Shown: positions 38,757-53,115, numbered from the stretch's first letter. The stretch is DNA of 64,000 nt from Chrysomallon squamiferum (GCA_012295275.1 CM022678.1:3038001-3102000), one strand, 5' to 3'. Program-made: numbers and translations. Notes: a model not told the origin generated them from the letters alone.

Positions 38757-38794
38757 TGATGATGATGATAATAATAATAATAATAATAATAATA

Positions 38795-38838
<44 letters not shown>

Positions 38839-38963
38839 GTAGTAATAGTAGTAGTAGTAGTAGTAATAACAATAATAATAGTAATTATTAGAATAAAATA
38901 ATTATAATGATAATAACAATAATAATAATATGATGATAAAAATATAATAATATAAGGATGACA

Positions 38964-39013
<50 letters not shown>
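38757..39013. repeat. (TAA)n/(TAG)n microsatellite
   Basis: Directly visible. Confidence 0.9.
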
Positions 39014-39016
<3 letters not shown>

Positions 39017-39400
39017 CTGTTTTTCTACATTTCTTTTAAATTTTATAATTTTGTAAGCTAAGAAATTTATTTTGAATTCATCAATTACTAAGTACAGTTA
39101 TATGTTTTTTACAGTATACATGAGCTGGCCTGAATATTAATATGTCAGTGTCTGTGTGGTTTTGTGAATGACAAGTACTAACATTCTGAGCAGTATGCTT
39201 ATTATTCAAACAAAGTATTATAGATTCTGTGATTTCATAACGCAATATGAACTTTCAATATTATAACTTTAAACATAACAAATTTGTCTTTATTTATTTA
39301 CAGATAACAGCAAGATTTCCTGAAATTTCTGATCACTTTAAAATGAATTTAAAAAATATTAAACTCTCATTCTGATTTATTATGTTGCTATTGGTTACAG

Positions 39401-39625
39401 GGGTCTGTTCAGATGATGGTACGTGTGTGTGTGAAAATGGCAGAGTTGGTTACCAGTGTGAACACGAGTGTGTTGATGATGTCAACTGCAGCAACCACGG
39501 GACATGCAGCAACTATGGCTCCTGTGTCTGTGATGCTTGTTTCAGGGGAGACGACTGTTCTACAGAATGTGGAGGAAACGGAAAGTGTTTTCTAGGAGAG
39601 TGCAAGTGTAATGCTTGTTACCTGG
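39401..39625 (+). CDS. Exon 35, EGF-like repeats
   Basis: acag|gggtc ... ctgg|gtaag, phase 1/1; CSNHGTC. Confidence 0.9.
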
Positions 39626-39795
39626 GTAAGTTTGTTTGTTTGTTTGTTTGGTTATTTGTTTATTTGTTTGTTTATTTGTAGATAGACTGATGTATCATTT
39701 ATTTATTAGTAATTTACTGATTTCCTGATTTATTGGTTAACTGATTTATCATTTATTTATTTATTTATTTATTTTTGTATGTTTACTTATTTGTT

Positions 39796-39853
<58 letters not shown>

Positions 39854-40445
39854 GCTGTCATAATATAATAACAGACATAATAATGATAGTAATATGAGTC
39901 ATTGCATTGACATAGATATGTCACATATCTTGTTTTTATTATTAACAAGTTTTTGTGGTTGCAAGTCAAGCTAAATAATAACATGATTTTGTCAAATATG
40001 TCCAGTATCAATAATTTGCTTCTGTACCATCACATATAGTAACAATATTAATAACAATAACAATGATACTATATCAGTTACTATAACAATAGTATAACAA
40101 TAATAATACTGATAGTAATTATAATAATATAATACAAAATAATAGTAGTAGTAATAATAATAATAATAATTCCAACTATAACAGATTATACAATTTTTCA
40201 CTCCTCAAACACTCTAAGCTATTATTTATCTCCCATTTTATAATAACTATAACATAATTTTTATTTTATCTCTCTCTCTCTCTCTTTCTCTTTCTCTAAA
40301 CCAGCATTTTAATCTCTATATCTCTTTCTATGTATAAAAAAACACACACACACACACACATCTATCGATATCTCTATATCTAAATGTGTATGTGTGCATG
40401 TGTGTCTATATATATATATCACAAATGCTGTGTTAAATATTTCAG

Positions 40446-40637
40446 GAGATTTCTGCAACTCTGAGTGCAATGGCCACGGTGTGTGTACTGACAACGGCAC
40501 AAAATGTGAGTGTGACGCGGGTTGGTCAGGTGACAAGTGTACTAAAGTCGTCTGTCCTGGAGAAAACTCAGAATGTTCTGGACATGGTCTCTGTGTCGCG
40601 GTCATCGGAAAATGTTTCTGTGGACCAGGCTGGAAAG
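40446..40637 (+). CDS. Exon 36, EGF-like repeats
   Basis: tcag|gagat ... aaag|gtgtg, phase 1/1. Confidence 0.9.
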
Positions 40638-40879
40638 GTGTGCATAAAACTGTCTGAATATTTGTGTTTTGGTTTTCTTTATTAATATATGTTTTCTGTT
40701 AGTATTTTTCTCTGTATTTTCATGTTATCTAAGATATTAAGATATTCTCTGGAAGTATTTGTGTGCTCTCAAAAAATTCTTACATGATTTCAGTAACTAT
40801 TTTTGTACTGTCTCTAAGAAATTAAAGTGTTCTGTATAAAAAATATGACTATAATTATAAATGAGTGTTGTGTATGTTT

Positions 40880-40919
<40 letters not shown>

Positions 40920-40968
40920 ATTCATGTGTTTATGTTAAAATCTGATACTCTTTCCTATTACCATTCAG

Positions 40969-41248
40969 GCAATGACTGCAGTCTGCCTGATTGTCCTGGG
41001 GAGCCAGCCTGCAGTGGGCGTGGCCAATGTGACACAGGCATAGACCCACCAAAGTGTTACAACTGTGACTCTGGGTGGTATGGCCCAGCATGTAATGACC
41101 CATGTATCTATGGCAATGCCAATCCAACCAATGAAAAATGTGTCTGCAACACCACCTGTCACCATGGTGATGGCTGCAATGTGGAATGTTCAGAACATGG
41201 GTCATGTGATGTGAATAATGAATGTTCCTGTCCACCATTAGGAGGATG
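40969..41248 (+). CDS. Exon 37, EGF-like repeats
   Basis: tcag|gcaat ... ggatg|gtaaa, phase 1/2. Confidence 0.9.
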
Positions 41249-41530
41249 GTAAAGTATACTTTCTTGTTTTATTTTTATTTTACTTATCATTTATTTATTT
41301 ATTATTATTGTTATTATTATTTTATTTTTTTTTGTAACATATTTATGTACCCATATGACAGATACTAATATTACTATAATATTTTTGTTTGTGCTAGGAT
41401 GTTGTTAAACATTCTATCATTCAATACTTACATGAATAAACTCATTCATACACAGACATATAAATACACACATACTTATACATGCACACTCATACTTAGA
41501 TCATACACACACATGCATATGCACATACAC

Positions 41531-41579
<49 letters not shown>

Positions 41580-41932
41580 AAGTTAACAGCACTTAATTAT
41601 GCATATACACACATACATACAGACACAAGAATACCCATGTTTATGGACAAACATGCATACACTTGCACACATACACACATAAACATACGTATAAAGTTAC
41701 AAGAACATACACACACTGTTGTAAAACTACAACTTCCATATAATCTTCTATTGAGTTTTCTTTTCTTTTTCTTTTTTCTTTTTTGTGTTTGGTAAGGTTT
41801 TTTATATATAATTCCAGAGACAAGCACCAGAAACTGAAGCTCTGCACAATCATTTCACTTGTCTTAATTTTTTGATATGGTTGAAATTTTAGTTCTTATT
41901 AATATTAAAATTTCACTTACTTCTTTGTCAAG

Positions 41933-42108
41933 GTTTGGAACATACTGTGAAACTCCTGGCTGTCCAAGGAACCCAGATACCAATGTTGAATGCAGTAACC
42001 ATGGCGACTGTAACAGTGAGACACATGAATGTGAGTGTAATGCAGGATGGACTGGTCTGGCTTGTCACACACCCGACTGCCCTGGGGAACCTGACTGTAA
42101 CAACAGAG
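41933..42108 (+). CDS. Exon 38, EGF-like repeats
   Basis: tcaag|gttt ... agag|gtgaa, phase 2/1. Confidence 0.86.
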
Positions 42109-42554
42109 GTGAAAACATTTTAATTGTTTTAATAAAAAATAAAAAATTAATTATAGAGCAGTAATATATATGAATACTTTTATATTATTTCCACTGCTTA
42201 TTCTCCTTGCTCTGTCTGTGTTTCCTTTCATAACTCCAGTTTATATATTATTTCTCTCTCACCATCATCTACATCATCATCATCATCATTATTCTCCAGA
42301 TCTCACTGAATCTTGTATTTTCTTTTTTCAATCATTATGTTTCTGCCCAATTATTTCTTTCTGTTTTTCTTTCACTCTCTGTATTTGTCTCTTTCCACTT
42401 TTCTCTCACTATCTCTTTGCCTTGGATTCTTTTTCTTTCACACTCTCAGTATCTCTTTATTCCTCTCTCTTTCTACTCTACTATTAAGTCCTTCCTGGCA
42501 ACATACAAACCATTATGAATATTTTCACAAGCAGATGAAATTTTATATATACAG

Positions 42555-42842
42555 GAATATGCAATGGAAGTGTCAATCCACCTGTATGTGTCGACTGTCA
42601 ACCCAACTGGATGGGACCATCTTGCAATGACCCCTGTGTACACGGAATTCAAACACCCATGAACTCTGGTTTCTGTCAGTGTGAGCCAGGCTGGGCGGGA
42701 GTAGGGTGTGACTCAGAATGTTCAGAACACGGTAAAATCATCAATGGAGCATGCCAGTGTGATTACATAACAGGATGGAAAGGAGAATTGTGTGATATCC
42801 CAGGATGCCCTGGGCTCTTCAATCTTGACTGCAGTGGAAGAG
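42555..42842 (+). CDS. Exon 39, EGF-like repeats
   Basis: acag|gaata ... agag|gtaag, phase 1/1. Confidence 0.9.
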
Positions 42843-43186
42843 GTAAGTGGTTAACATAGTTGAATATTTAATTCAGTGGTTAGAGCACTGATATTGCTAT
42901 TTCCATTTAGTGTGGTTTGCTTGTTCCAAACTCTCTGGTAGGTGCTGTCTTGTACAAGTAAAAGATATCTGTTACTAGTTGGTATCTACCAGTTGCCATT
43001 GGTGACTTATAGGTCTATACATAAAGATGTTCATTATGATTTGATATCTTACAGAAAATATGTCTGTGCACACATACAAACACACACATACGTATATGTA
43101 GATATTTATTCTTAAGGTATTTAGTTTATTACATCTTTACCTGTATTTAACAATACCTGATTATATTTTACCTGATATATTCACAG

Positions 43187-43328
43187 GTGGCTGTGACAGC
43201 AGTCAACACATATGTACCTGTGATCCAGGCTGGAAGGACATTGGATGTGAACTTGCGGATTGTGCTGGAGATCCAGACTGCAGTAACCATGGTTACTGTA
43301 ACAGTACCACCAATCCACCTCACTGCAG
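43187..43328 (+). CDS. Exon 40, EGF-like repeats
   Basis: acag|gtggc ... tgcag|gtatg, phase 1/2. Confidence 0.88.
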
Positions 43329-43454
43329 GTATGTAAATACGGTTTCTGAAAAAAAGTATATTTCTTGTTTACATTAACAAAATTTTAATTCAATAAAACA
43401 GATTATTATTTGACTGTTTATTAAAAGTAGCTTTCACTGTTGTTTGTGTTTCTT

Positions 43455-43535
43455 AGTGTATTTCTATTTTGCATTCCAGTAAATGATATATGATTGTTAT
43501 GTCAAAGGCCATGGTTTGTGCTGTTCTGTCTATGT
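43455..43535 (+). mobile_element. SINE core fragment (MESC/Meta-like)
   Basis: caaaggccatggtttgtgctgttctgtctatg resembles the mollusc MESC SINE core as recalled (not aligned). Confidence 0.4.
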
Positions 43536-44151
43536 TTAAAATCTGTGTTTTATTAATGAGTAGAAATGGATTTTTTATTTTTTATTCTTTTTTCCCCATA
43601 AGTCAATTTTGGTCTCTTGCTTTTTCTCCTACTTTCATTCTTTCTTTCTTTTTTCTTTCTTTATTTAATTCAATAGTTTTTGTTCTTTTATTCTTTAAGT
43701 TTTCTTTTCTTTCTCTCTTTGTTTCTTTTTTTTTTTTTTTTTTTTTCTTTCCTCTTTTTTCTTTCAGTCTTTCTTTCCTTCAACCTTCATTTATAACTTT
43801 CTCTCTTATTTAAAATCTTTTATGCTGTCATTTTCCTGTGTCCATTCTTTTTCTTTTCATCATTCTCTCATTGATTCTTCTTACCATATTTCTTATTTTC
43901 TTTTTTGCTCTTATTTTCCTTGATTCTTCTTTCTGTCCTCCTGTCATGCTTTCTTTCCTTTCATTCTTCCTTCTTTTCTTTCTTCCATCAAGTTCTGTTA
44001 CTGACCATTATTTCATTCTGAAATATCTTATTAAATAATTAAAAAAATAGTTTTATTTAGTTTGAAATAATAATACACAATAAACTAACCTCTGAATTGT
44101 ATGTTTAATTACTTTTTTTACCTGTAATTTATTACCTGTCTTTAATTACAG

Positions 44152-44338
44152 GTGTGACAATGGCTGGTTTGGCCATGCCTGTGACCAAATTTGCAAACAT
44201 GGGACCCAGGTTCCAGCTGGAAGTGACAACTGCCAATGTGACCCTGGTTATGTTGGCATCAACTGTGATGTTGAATGTTCATTTCACGGAAAAGTCACCA
44301 ACAATGTTTGTGAGTGTGACGTTGGCTGGCGGGGAAAG
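44152..44338 (+). CDS. Exon 41, EGF-like repeats
   Basis: acag|gtgt ... aag|gtaag, phase 2/0. Confidence 0.88.
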
Positions 44339-44396
44339 GTAAGTAAAAATAAATATGTTTTTCTCTTTTCTTTCTTTATTTCTTAGTTTTCTGTGT

Positions 44397-44427
<31 letters not shown>

Positions 44428-44446
44428 TTTTTTTTATTTATTTATT

Positions 44447-44481
<35 letters not shown>

Positions 44482-44780
44482 TTAATCTTTCAGGTTGTTG
44501 CCTTATTTTCTTTCACATTCTCCACATCTTATAATTTTGTTCTCTGCCTCTCTGTCTGTCTGTCTGTCAGCTTGTCTGTCTATTTTTCTATCCACCTATC
44601 TGTCTATCTGTCTATCCGTCTGTGTGCCTGTCTGTTTATCCTTTCTGGCCATCTGTAAATGAGTGCTATTGGTTCAACAGCTTTATTTATAATGCAACTA
44701 TAAACTTATTAATATGGTGATAAATAATGTTTGTGTGTTCATTTTGAGAATATTTTAATGTAACATGTTTGTTGTTGTAG

Positions 44781-44913
44781 GTGTGTGACATACCTGGTTG
44801 TCCAGGTGATGCTGAAGATTGTACAGGTCATGGTATCTGCAATGAAGCCAGTCATAAATGCTCTTGCTTTCCGGGGTGGACAGGAGATGGGTGTGAACTG
44901 GCTGATTGTCCAG
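44781..44913 (+). CDS. Exon 42, EGF-like repeats
   Basis: gtag|gtg ... ccag|gtatt, phase 0/1. Confidence 0.88.
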
Positions 44914-45086
44914 GTATTCAGAGTTAATTTAGGGTGTAGTGATAAAAATAAGTCTATTCTTATGAAATATATTTTTTTATTAAATAATTGTTACATGTTT
45001 CCTCATCATCTTAATATTGTCCTTTATTATTATTATTCTTAAATTTTTAAAAGTCTTTATTCTGACTTTGTTTTATACATTTGTAG

Positions 45087-45254
45087 GATCACCTGACTGC
45101 ATGGGGCGGGGTACTTGCAGTGTGGAATCAGACCCACCCATCTGTGTGGACTGTGAAGCTGGGTGGATGGGCCCTGCCTGTAACGACCCATGTGTGAATG
45201 GAACCCAGGATCCACCAAACAGTGGTGTATGCAAATGTCACCCATGCTACACAG
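45087..45254 (+). CDS. Exon 43, EGF-like repeats
   Basis: gtag|gatca ... acag|gtaat, phase 1/1. Confidence 0.9.
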
Positions 45255-45274
45255 GTAATGTAGCATACACATTG

Positions 45275-45305
<31 letters not shown>

Positions 45306-45414
45306 CATATAAGCACAAACACACACACACACACACACAACACACAACACACACACACAACACACATCACACAACACACACACACACACATTAAATATTA
45401 TTGTATAATTGCAG

Positions 45415-45591
45415 GCAAAGGATGTAACAGTATGTGCAGTGGCCAGGGTCTCTGTATTAATGACAGGTGTGTCTGTTACGAAAGTTTCCGAGGGTCAAAG
45501 TGTGAGGTTACTGGTTGTCCTGGCAACCAGCATGACTGTTCTCTTCATGGTGTGTGTAACAGTGTTCTGCATCAGTGCACATGCATTCCAG
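45415..45591 (+). CDS. Exon 44, EGF-like repeats
   Basis: gcag|gcaaa ... ccag|gtgag, phase 1/1. Confidence 0.9.
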
Positions 45592-46171
45592 GTGAGAATT
45601 AATTAAATTAAATATTTTGCTAGAGATAATATTATATTTAAAATGCCTTCTTTTTTTAGTAAAAATAGTTGCACTATAATGTACAAAAAGTAAAATTTGA
45701 GAGAGTTAATAAGTGTAACCCAAAAGTAATTGATAAATTATACCCCTCAAATATCATAATGTATATTTTCTTGACTATGATAGGATGTGTAAAAGTAACT
45801 GAAGTGTTAATTAGAAAGAATAAATATAAATGCTTTTTTAACAGAATTTTTATCTCAGTTTAACTAGGTGGTTTTTTTTTTTTCTTGTTATATTTTTTAT
45901 TCTGACTATGACAGTGTGTGTGATAGTAACCCAAAAGAAATTTTGGAATGTTTTCTCATGTCTTTATATGTTGATGTATTTCACATTCCAATGTATGCGC
46001 CATGATTGTTATAAAAACTATGGAATGTACGTACTGTGCTGTGTATGAGTAATGTAATATGTAAACCCCAATATTACCAGCATGAAAAAAATAATTATAA
46101 ATTAAGAAAATTAAGAAAAAAATCACTATTAATATTTGAAGTTTACAAATATCAATCTGTTGATACTTCAG

Positions 46172-46278
46172 GGTGGACAGGGAAGGCTTGTGATGAAGCA
46201 GATTGTCCACTTGGATGTTCTGGACATGGATTTTGTAATGGAACAGACAGGCAGATCCCACAATGCATCTGTGATCAT
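46172..46278 (+). CDS. Exon 45, EGF-like repeat
   Basis: tcag|ggtgg ... cat|gtaaa, phase 1/0. Confidence 0.87.
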
Positions 46279-46823
46279 GTAAATAAATAGTGTCTCTCTG
46301 TCTGTCTCTCCTTCATTTATTTCTTTTTCTTTAAATTCTTTATTCTTCTTCTTTTTTTACTTATCTTAGTTCCTTTTTCTTCTTTCTATATTCATCACTG
46401 TCTTTCACTTTATCTATCTTTATTTTTTTTTTGTCTATATATATATATATGTCCTTCTTTCAGTCAGTTGATATAGGTATCTGTGTCTTTCTTGACTGAC
46501 TGTCTCTCTGTCTCCCTGCCTGCATATCTCTCTGTATGTTTGTATATCTGTCAGTGTAAACATTTGGTTGTTCTCTCATATAATTCATAATTAGTAATGG
46601 CTTTTATCTTCATCAAATATGGATTCAATTTATTATTATTAAAGATTAGTATCTAGTCAAATAAACAAACAGTTTGAAGTATACTCATTATAATTAAGCT
46701 CTGTGTTCACCCCAGTCAGATACAAAATAACAAGAAATAAAAATATATTTAGACTATTCTTTAAATTAAATATTTATCAGCTCCTAACCGTTACTTTAGA
46801 TAATATTATTTTCAATGTTACAG

Positions 46824-46986
46824 GGCTGGTTTGGTGATGCATGTGAAAAAGAATGTCAACATGGTAAACCTGTGGGTGATGTGTGCGTGTGTGATGCATG
46901 CTATGCAGGTGCTGCATGTGAAAAGGAGTGTTCAGACAATGGTGTCTGTAAAGATTCTGTCTGTGAGTGCTTCAAGACAGTGATAG
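46824..46986 (+). CDS. Exon 46, EGF-like repeats
   Basis: acag|ggc ... atag|gtgag, phase 0/1. Confidence 0.88.
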
Positions 46987-47521
46987 GTGAGTTGACTTTT
47001 ATACTTTTTTGTTGTTGTGATTTTATTATTATTATTTACTATTACTATTACTACTACTAGTAGTTCGTGTTCTTGTTGATGTTACTGTTATTATTACTGT
47101 TATTACTTATTTTATGCTGTTATTTTCTTATTAGTGTTATTGTGGTTGTTACTATTTATTGCTACTGTTATTATTTTTTATTATTGTTGTTATCGTTATT
47201 TTTGTTATCCTTTTTGTCTTTTATTTTATTTTATTTTGTTTTATTTTATTTTATTTCATTTTATTTTTTGTTGTAAGGGTTTTTGTTTATTCTGTTTAAT
47301 ATTTTTGGATAAGTTTGTAATTGAAGAGAATAGCTATTGTGTTGTTTTGGAGGTTGTTAGGTGGTTGTGTTTTTCTTCTTCAATTCTTTTCCTTACGGTA
47401 TTTCTTTTTAATATTTCTAAATATTATTATTCTTTTAATCTTTATTTTTCTTGCTATTCAGGAGAATGATTTTACTATAAAATTAATGTTTTATTGTTTG
47501 GTAATTATGTTTTAATTTCAG

Positions 47522-47692
47522 GTAACTCATGGGTGGGGCAGCTGTGTGAAGTAAGGGGGTGTCCAGGAAAGGATAACACATGCAGTGGACATGGAACCTG
47601 TAATGCAGTACTACAGGAATGTTCCTGTTACCCTGGCTGGAGTGGAGATGATTGTTCAGAACCTGTCTGTCCTGGAGATCCACCTTGTTCAG
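47522..47692 (+). CDS. Exon 47, EGF-like repeats
   Basis: tcag|gtaac ... tcag|gtatt, phase 1/1. Confidence 0.88.
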
Positions 47693-47699
47693 GTATTTG

Positions 47700-48070
47700 T
47701 ATATAAATTATTTTCCTTTACATTATTTATCTGTAAATTATTCATTTTCTTATATATTAATTTACCTGTATGCTTGTTTGTTTATTATTTACCTATATCT
47801 TTGTAACCTGTTTTTATATTAGTTATTTTCCTTTAGTATTGTTACCTGGAAGAGTATTTAAATGCTATAAATAAATAAATAAATAAAATAATAAAAATAT
47901 TTAAACATAAGATTGTTATCTGCTTGTATAGTTATTTACCTATAAATTAGTATATTAGTTATTTACCTCTAAACTTGTATATTAGTTATTTATCTGTAAA
48001 TTTGTATATTGGATATTTACCTGTAAATGTATATTAGTTATTAACTTATAAATTTCTTACCTGTTTGTAT
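47700..48070. repeat. Degenerate ~25-bp minisatellite
   Basis: Recurrent tatattagttatttacct(g/a)taaa. Confidence 0.65.
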
Positions 48071-48196
48071 ATTTATTATAAACTGTTTGTATATTATTAT
48101 TTTTTAAATTAATCGAAAATTTTTGATATTTGTTTTTCATTCTTTACTAAGCAGTCATATTTGTAATACAAAATAAAATGAATTTTTTTTGTGCAG

Positions 48197-49250
48197 GTCA
48201 AGGAGACTGTGTGTCAAGTGGAAAATGTCAGTGTCGTTCTGACTGGGTTGGCAAATCTTGTGAAATCCCTTGTATCAACGGCACCAACGTTGATGGCGTT
48301 TGTGTGTGTGACAGGCCCTGCGTCACCGGCATCAGCTGTCACCTGCAGTGCTGGGGTAACGGCAGGTGTACAGACAACAACACCTGTGAATGTGACTTCT
48401 ATAAGGGATTCAAAGGTGAAACCTGCAGCATACCTCAATGTCCAGGCTGGCCAGAAAACTGCATGGGACACGGTTCTTGTAATTCAGCAACAGGAAAATG
48501 TGAATGTGACCAAAAATGGTTGGGAAAGGCCTGTGAAATTCCTGACTGTGGTTCTCCATCTTGTAGTGGTGTCAGTGCCAGCTGTGGTGAAGATCCTGAG
48601 ACAAAGAAACCAAGGTGTTTTGACTGTGCCTATCCATATATGGGGGACAGGTGTGAAAAGCAATGTGTGAATGGTACTTCAAAACGTTTCATCAATTCAC
48701 TGGGTGATGTTCAGTGGGTGTGTGACTGTGACCCATGTTACAGTGGACCAGCCTGTGATGAAATGTGTTCTGGAAATGGTGTGTGCACTGACGGGAAATG
48801 TGACTGTGGCTTTGATGGTCACCGAGGGGAACTTTGTGATCAGAAAGGCTGCCCTGGGTGGGGAAAAGACTGTACAGGGCATGGACAGTGTAATGTGATA
48901 ACTGGAGAATGTGTGTGTAACAGTGGCTGGGTGGGGACTGGGTGTGACCAGCCTGTCTGTGTCAGTAACTGTAACTATCGGGGTCAGTGTATAGATAAAA
49001 ATGGAACAGTTGCTTGTCAGTGTGATACGGGGCACTTTGGTCGAGCATGTGAGTTTGTTTGTGAACATGGTTCAGTTGTGAATGAAACATGTTTGTGTGA
49101 ACCATGTTACAGTGGACCATTCTGTGACAGTCTGTGTTCAGGGGCAGGTAACTGTACAGAGAAAGGAGTCTGTGATTGTGGGTTCGATGGAGCAAGGGGA
49201 GACTACTGTGAACGTCCTGGCTGTCCTGGTTATAACACTGACTGCTCAAG
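48197..49250 (+). CDS. Exon 48, EGF-like repeats
   Basis: gcag|gtcaa ... tcaag|gtagg, phase 1/2; ORF 48178-49254. Confidence 0.92.
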
Positions 49251-49616
49251 GTAGGTAACTTTAAAATACATCTTCCTTTTTTTGTTCTTTATTTATTTTA
49301 CTTACATAGGTTTTTTTTTTTTTTTTTACCTATATATTTTAAATGAGAGATACCATCTAGCACTTGAACTTATTTGGTTTCTTTTGTTTTTCTGTCATTA
49401 TTACTAAGTCACTAACAATTTTAAATATAGTAGAGGTGTTTCTGCTTTTAATTATTTGTTTTGTTTCTTGTCTTATTATTTTTGTTGTTATTACTGTTAT
49501 CATTTCATTTTGTAAAAATTTGTTTTGCATGTCAAAATTTAAAAAAATAATTTTTTATTTCTATTTATGTCATTTTTTGATTTGTTCTTATTTCATTATT
49601 ATTATTATTATTATTA

Positions 49617-49666
<50 letters not shown>

Positions 49667-50004
49667 CACACACATATATAAGGATGTTTTATTCACTTTT
49701 CCTACTTGTTTTATGGTTTGAATCAATTGTATTTTTAATTTTCATTTATTTATTTTTTATTTATCATTGTTTATTTAGGTAATTTTTTATTGTTATTTAT
49801 TTAATAATTTGCTATTGTTTGATTATTAATTAATTTATATATTTTTTTATGTTTATTTATATATTTAGCTATTTGTGTGTTTATATATTTATTTAGTTAT
49901 TTTTAAAAATTTTTTATTTATTACTGTTTATTTATTTATTTCTATTTATTTTATTTTAATTTATTTTATTTTATTATATTATTTATTTATTTATTATTGT
50001 TCAT

Positions 50005-50047
<43 letters not shown>

Positions 50048-50141
50048 TGTTTATTCATTTACATACCTATTTGTGTGTTTGCATATTTATTTATTTATTT
50101 ATCTGTTTTTATGTTTATTTATTTATTTTTATTTTTTTCAG

Positions 50142-50296
50142 TCATGGGACGTGTAACTCAGCTACAAGAATGTGTGTGTGTTTAGAAGGGTGGAAAGGAC
50201 GAGGATGTGAAAAAGCTGATTGTTTAGAAAATTGTAACAACCGTGGACTGTGTGACTCCAGCTCATCTCAGCCTGTGTGTCGAAACTGTTCTGTCG
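50142..50296 (+). CDS. Exon 49, EGF-like repeats
   Basis: tcag|tcat ... gtcg|gtgtg, phase 2/1. Confidence 0.87.
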
Positions 50297-50567
50297 GTGT
50301 GTAGTTAGTAAATAAAAAAATAAAAAAATAAGTAGACAAATGAATGAGCAAAATAAATATATCTATAAGCAATTTTGCAAATAAATAAATAATAGAAGTA
50401 TTAAATAAATTAAATAAAGTCTTGAAATCTTGTAAAAAAGTTCTATCATTATTATGTAAAGAAAGAAAAAAAGAAGGAAAGAAAGTTAAAAAAAGAAAAA
50501 AGAATTATGTTGTCAATATTATTTTTAATTTTTGTTATTATTGTTGTTGCTGTTGTTGTTATTGTTA

Positions 50568-50605
<38 letters not shown>

Positions 50606-50612
50606 TATTCAG

Positions 50613-50837
50613 GATGGATGGGGTTAGCATGTGAAATTCCATGTCATGGCGTACAAGAACCAATGGACAGTGGTATATGTAAATGTTCCACTGGATGCCA
50701 GCATGGACGAAGCTGTGAAAAAACATGCAGTGGTGTAGGTGTGTGTGACAACAACACTTGTAGGTGTGCTGATGACAACAACCTCAATGCAGGTCACTGG
50801 GGTCAATTCTGCTCAGAACCTAGCTGTCCTGGAAAAG
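50613..50837 (+). CDS. Exon 50, EGF-like repeats
   Basis: tcag|gatgg ... aaag|gtgat, phase 1/1. Confidence 0.88.
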
Positions 50838-51308
50838 GTGATAATTTCTTATCTTACTATTTGTGAATGTGTGAATCTCCATATGATTGATTGTGTGTCT
50901 GTGTGTGTGTATATTTGTGTTTGTGTACTTGTTTCTTTAAATATCTGTGAATGCATGAGTGGGTGGGCAAATGGGTATAACTGGTGTTTGTATGTGAAGA
51001 TGTGCTTGTGTGTGAAAGTGTGTCTGTGTGTGTGAATGTTTGAATCATGTCTATGATTATACAAGCAAACATAAATGTGCCTAAACATGTATAGACATAG
51101 AGATGTGATTAAAAACAGAAATAAATATTTATATATGTAAATGAATCTGTGCATGAACCAACTTTTTACTGATCCACAGTCTTCAAGAATATCGATTTCA
51201 TCTTTGGAAAAGCAAACAAGTTTTTAAAATTTAGCATACATCAAGACATCCTACAACAAACATCCATCTTTGAATAAATCATCATTAATTATCATAATTT
51301 ATTCACAG

Positions 51309-51653
51309 AATCTGTCTGCTCCAATCACGGAACTTGTATCAAAGCTCTTCTCACTTGCAACTGCAATCCTGGGTGGTTGGGCAGTGGATGCCATATCCCA
51401 GACTGCCCTGGCACTCCCGACTGCAGTAACCATGGCAACTGCATGGTCAGGGAAGACAACCCTTGGTGTAACTGCAGTGATGACTGGATGGGGCGGGAGT
51501 GTGAGTTACCCTGTGTACATGGGGTGGTGAAAGAAGGAGAAGGCTTTACTTGTGAATGTGAGTCATGTTTCACTGGACCTGGTTGCAACCAGACATGTAA
51601 CGGACACGGAACTTGCCACAACAACACGTGTGTTTGTGAGGAGAGCTGGTGGG
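51309..51653 (+). CDS. Exon 51, EGF-like repeats
   Basis: acag|aatct ... tggg|gtgag, phase 1/1. Confidence 0.89.
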
Positions 51654-51780
51654 GTGAGTTGTGGTTCTTGTTACTATTTATAAGTTGTCAGCAGCAATAG
51701 CAGCAGTTAAGTAATAGTGCTATTGTTGTAATTATTATTTCTAAAATGTAGGATTTTTTGTTTTATATGCTTGCTGTTAC

Positions 51781-51814
<34 letters not shown>

Positions 51815-52302
51815 TTATTATTGTTATTACTATTACTATTAATACAGTTATTATGACTATTGTTTTTATTTTTTTTTAATGTTTTTGTTGTAGTTATTAA
51901 TAATTTTATTACTTTCATTGTTATGTTACTGATATTATAATACAAATTCTACCTTATTATCATCATCATCATTATTACTACTGCTACTACTACTACACCT
52001 CTTACACATAATTATACACACATATATATATTCAGTCACTCAAACAAAAAAAACATAGACTAATATAAATGTCACAATTTTATCTTAACTTTACCTAGTG
52101 TGACCACCATATCTCACAATAACCTAAACTATAACACAACTTATACTGTACTCTGTCACATTCTGAACAAACCCTCATCAACTTCTAACAAAATAAAAAT
52201 TCATTTTAGACAAAGATACTCACCTGAACTATGTTGACATTAATAATTTTGTTCTTTAGTTAATTCTATTTATTTTTTTATTATTATTTTTTAATTCTGC
52301 AG

Positions 52303-52467
52303 GAGACAAATGTGAAGTGAAGGGATGCCCTGGAACAGGATCCAGTTGTTCCAGACATGGATACTGCACAGTTTCCGATCAGACTTGTACATGTAACAGA
52401 TACTGGAAAGGAAAAGGTTGTGATGATCCAGACTGCCCCGGAGAACCCACTGATTGTACAGACAGAG
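52303..52467 (+). CDS. Exon 52, EGF-like repeats
   Basis: gcag|gagac ... agag|gtgtg, phase 1/1. Confidence 0.88.
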
Positions 52468-52717
52468 GTGTGTAGCTGTACTTTTTTTAGACTACAGCTA
52501 ATTTTGAAATAGCTGATTGCTTACTCGTATCAGACATCCTTGAACACTGTAATTAGATGAAAGTAGTTAAACAAATAAATGAATAAGACCATTTAAAATA
52601 ATAGGACTTATATAATGGATACAAAAAGTGTAATTATGGATGAACTGTGTAAATACAATTTTGTGTATTTACATACTTACCTATGTATTTATTTATATAT
52701 TTTCTTACTTATTTCAG

Positions 52718-52969
52718 GAACATGTGATGGTGTAAATTTCTTCCCCCCACGCTGTGTTGGGTGTGTTCTGTCTATGGGGAAGGGCTGTGAAAAACCATGT
52801 GTCAATGGGACAGAGGAGCCCCCATTTAGTGAAAACTGTGTGTGCCATGCCTGTTTCTCCGACCCTGGATGTCAAACTGAATGTTCAAACCATGGGTCAT
52901 GTGACAATGGAACCTGCAGGTGTGAGGATGGATACATGGGAGATAACTGTGACACACTTGACTGCCCAG
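52718..52969 (+). CDS. Exon 53, EGF-like repeats
   Basis: tcag|gaaca ... ccag|gtatg, phase 1/1. Confidence 0.9.
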
Positions 52970-53115
52970 GTATGTATTTTTAGCACGTTTTAAAAATAAT
53001 CCCAAAATGTTTTGTTGATTTGTTTTATTTTATTATTTAGTAATTCATTTGTTTGTTTGACTGTTTATTTTTAAAAATCTTTCTCACTTAAATAATCTTT
53101 TACATTTTGGTATAG

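Noticed and set aside
6321-41933. Non-canonical splice sites
   Set aside because: All inferred introns are GT-AG. The AAG acceptors of exons 7, 34 and 38 are uncommon but ordinary.
39544-49203. RGD tripeptides at 39544-39552 and 49195-49203
   Set aside because: Both fall in the constrained xGxxC position of EGF repeats and are expected by chance.
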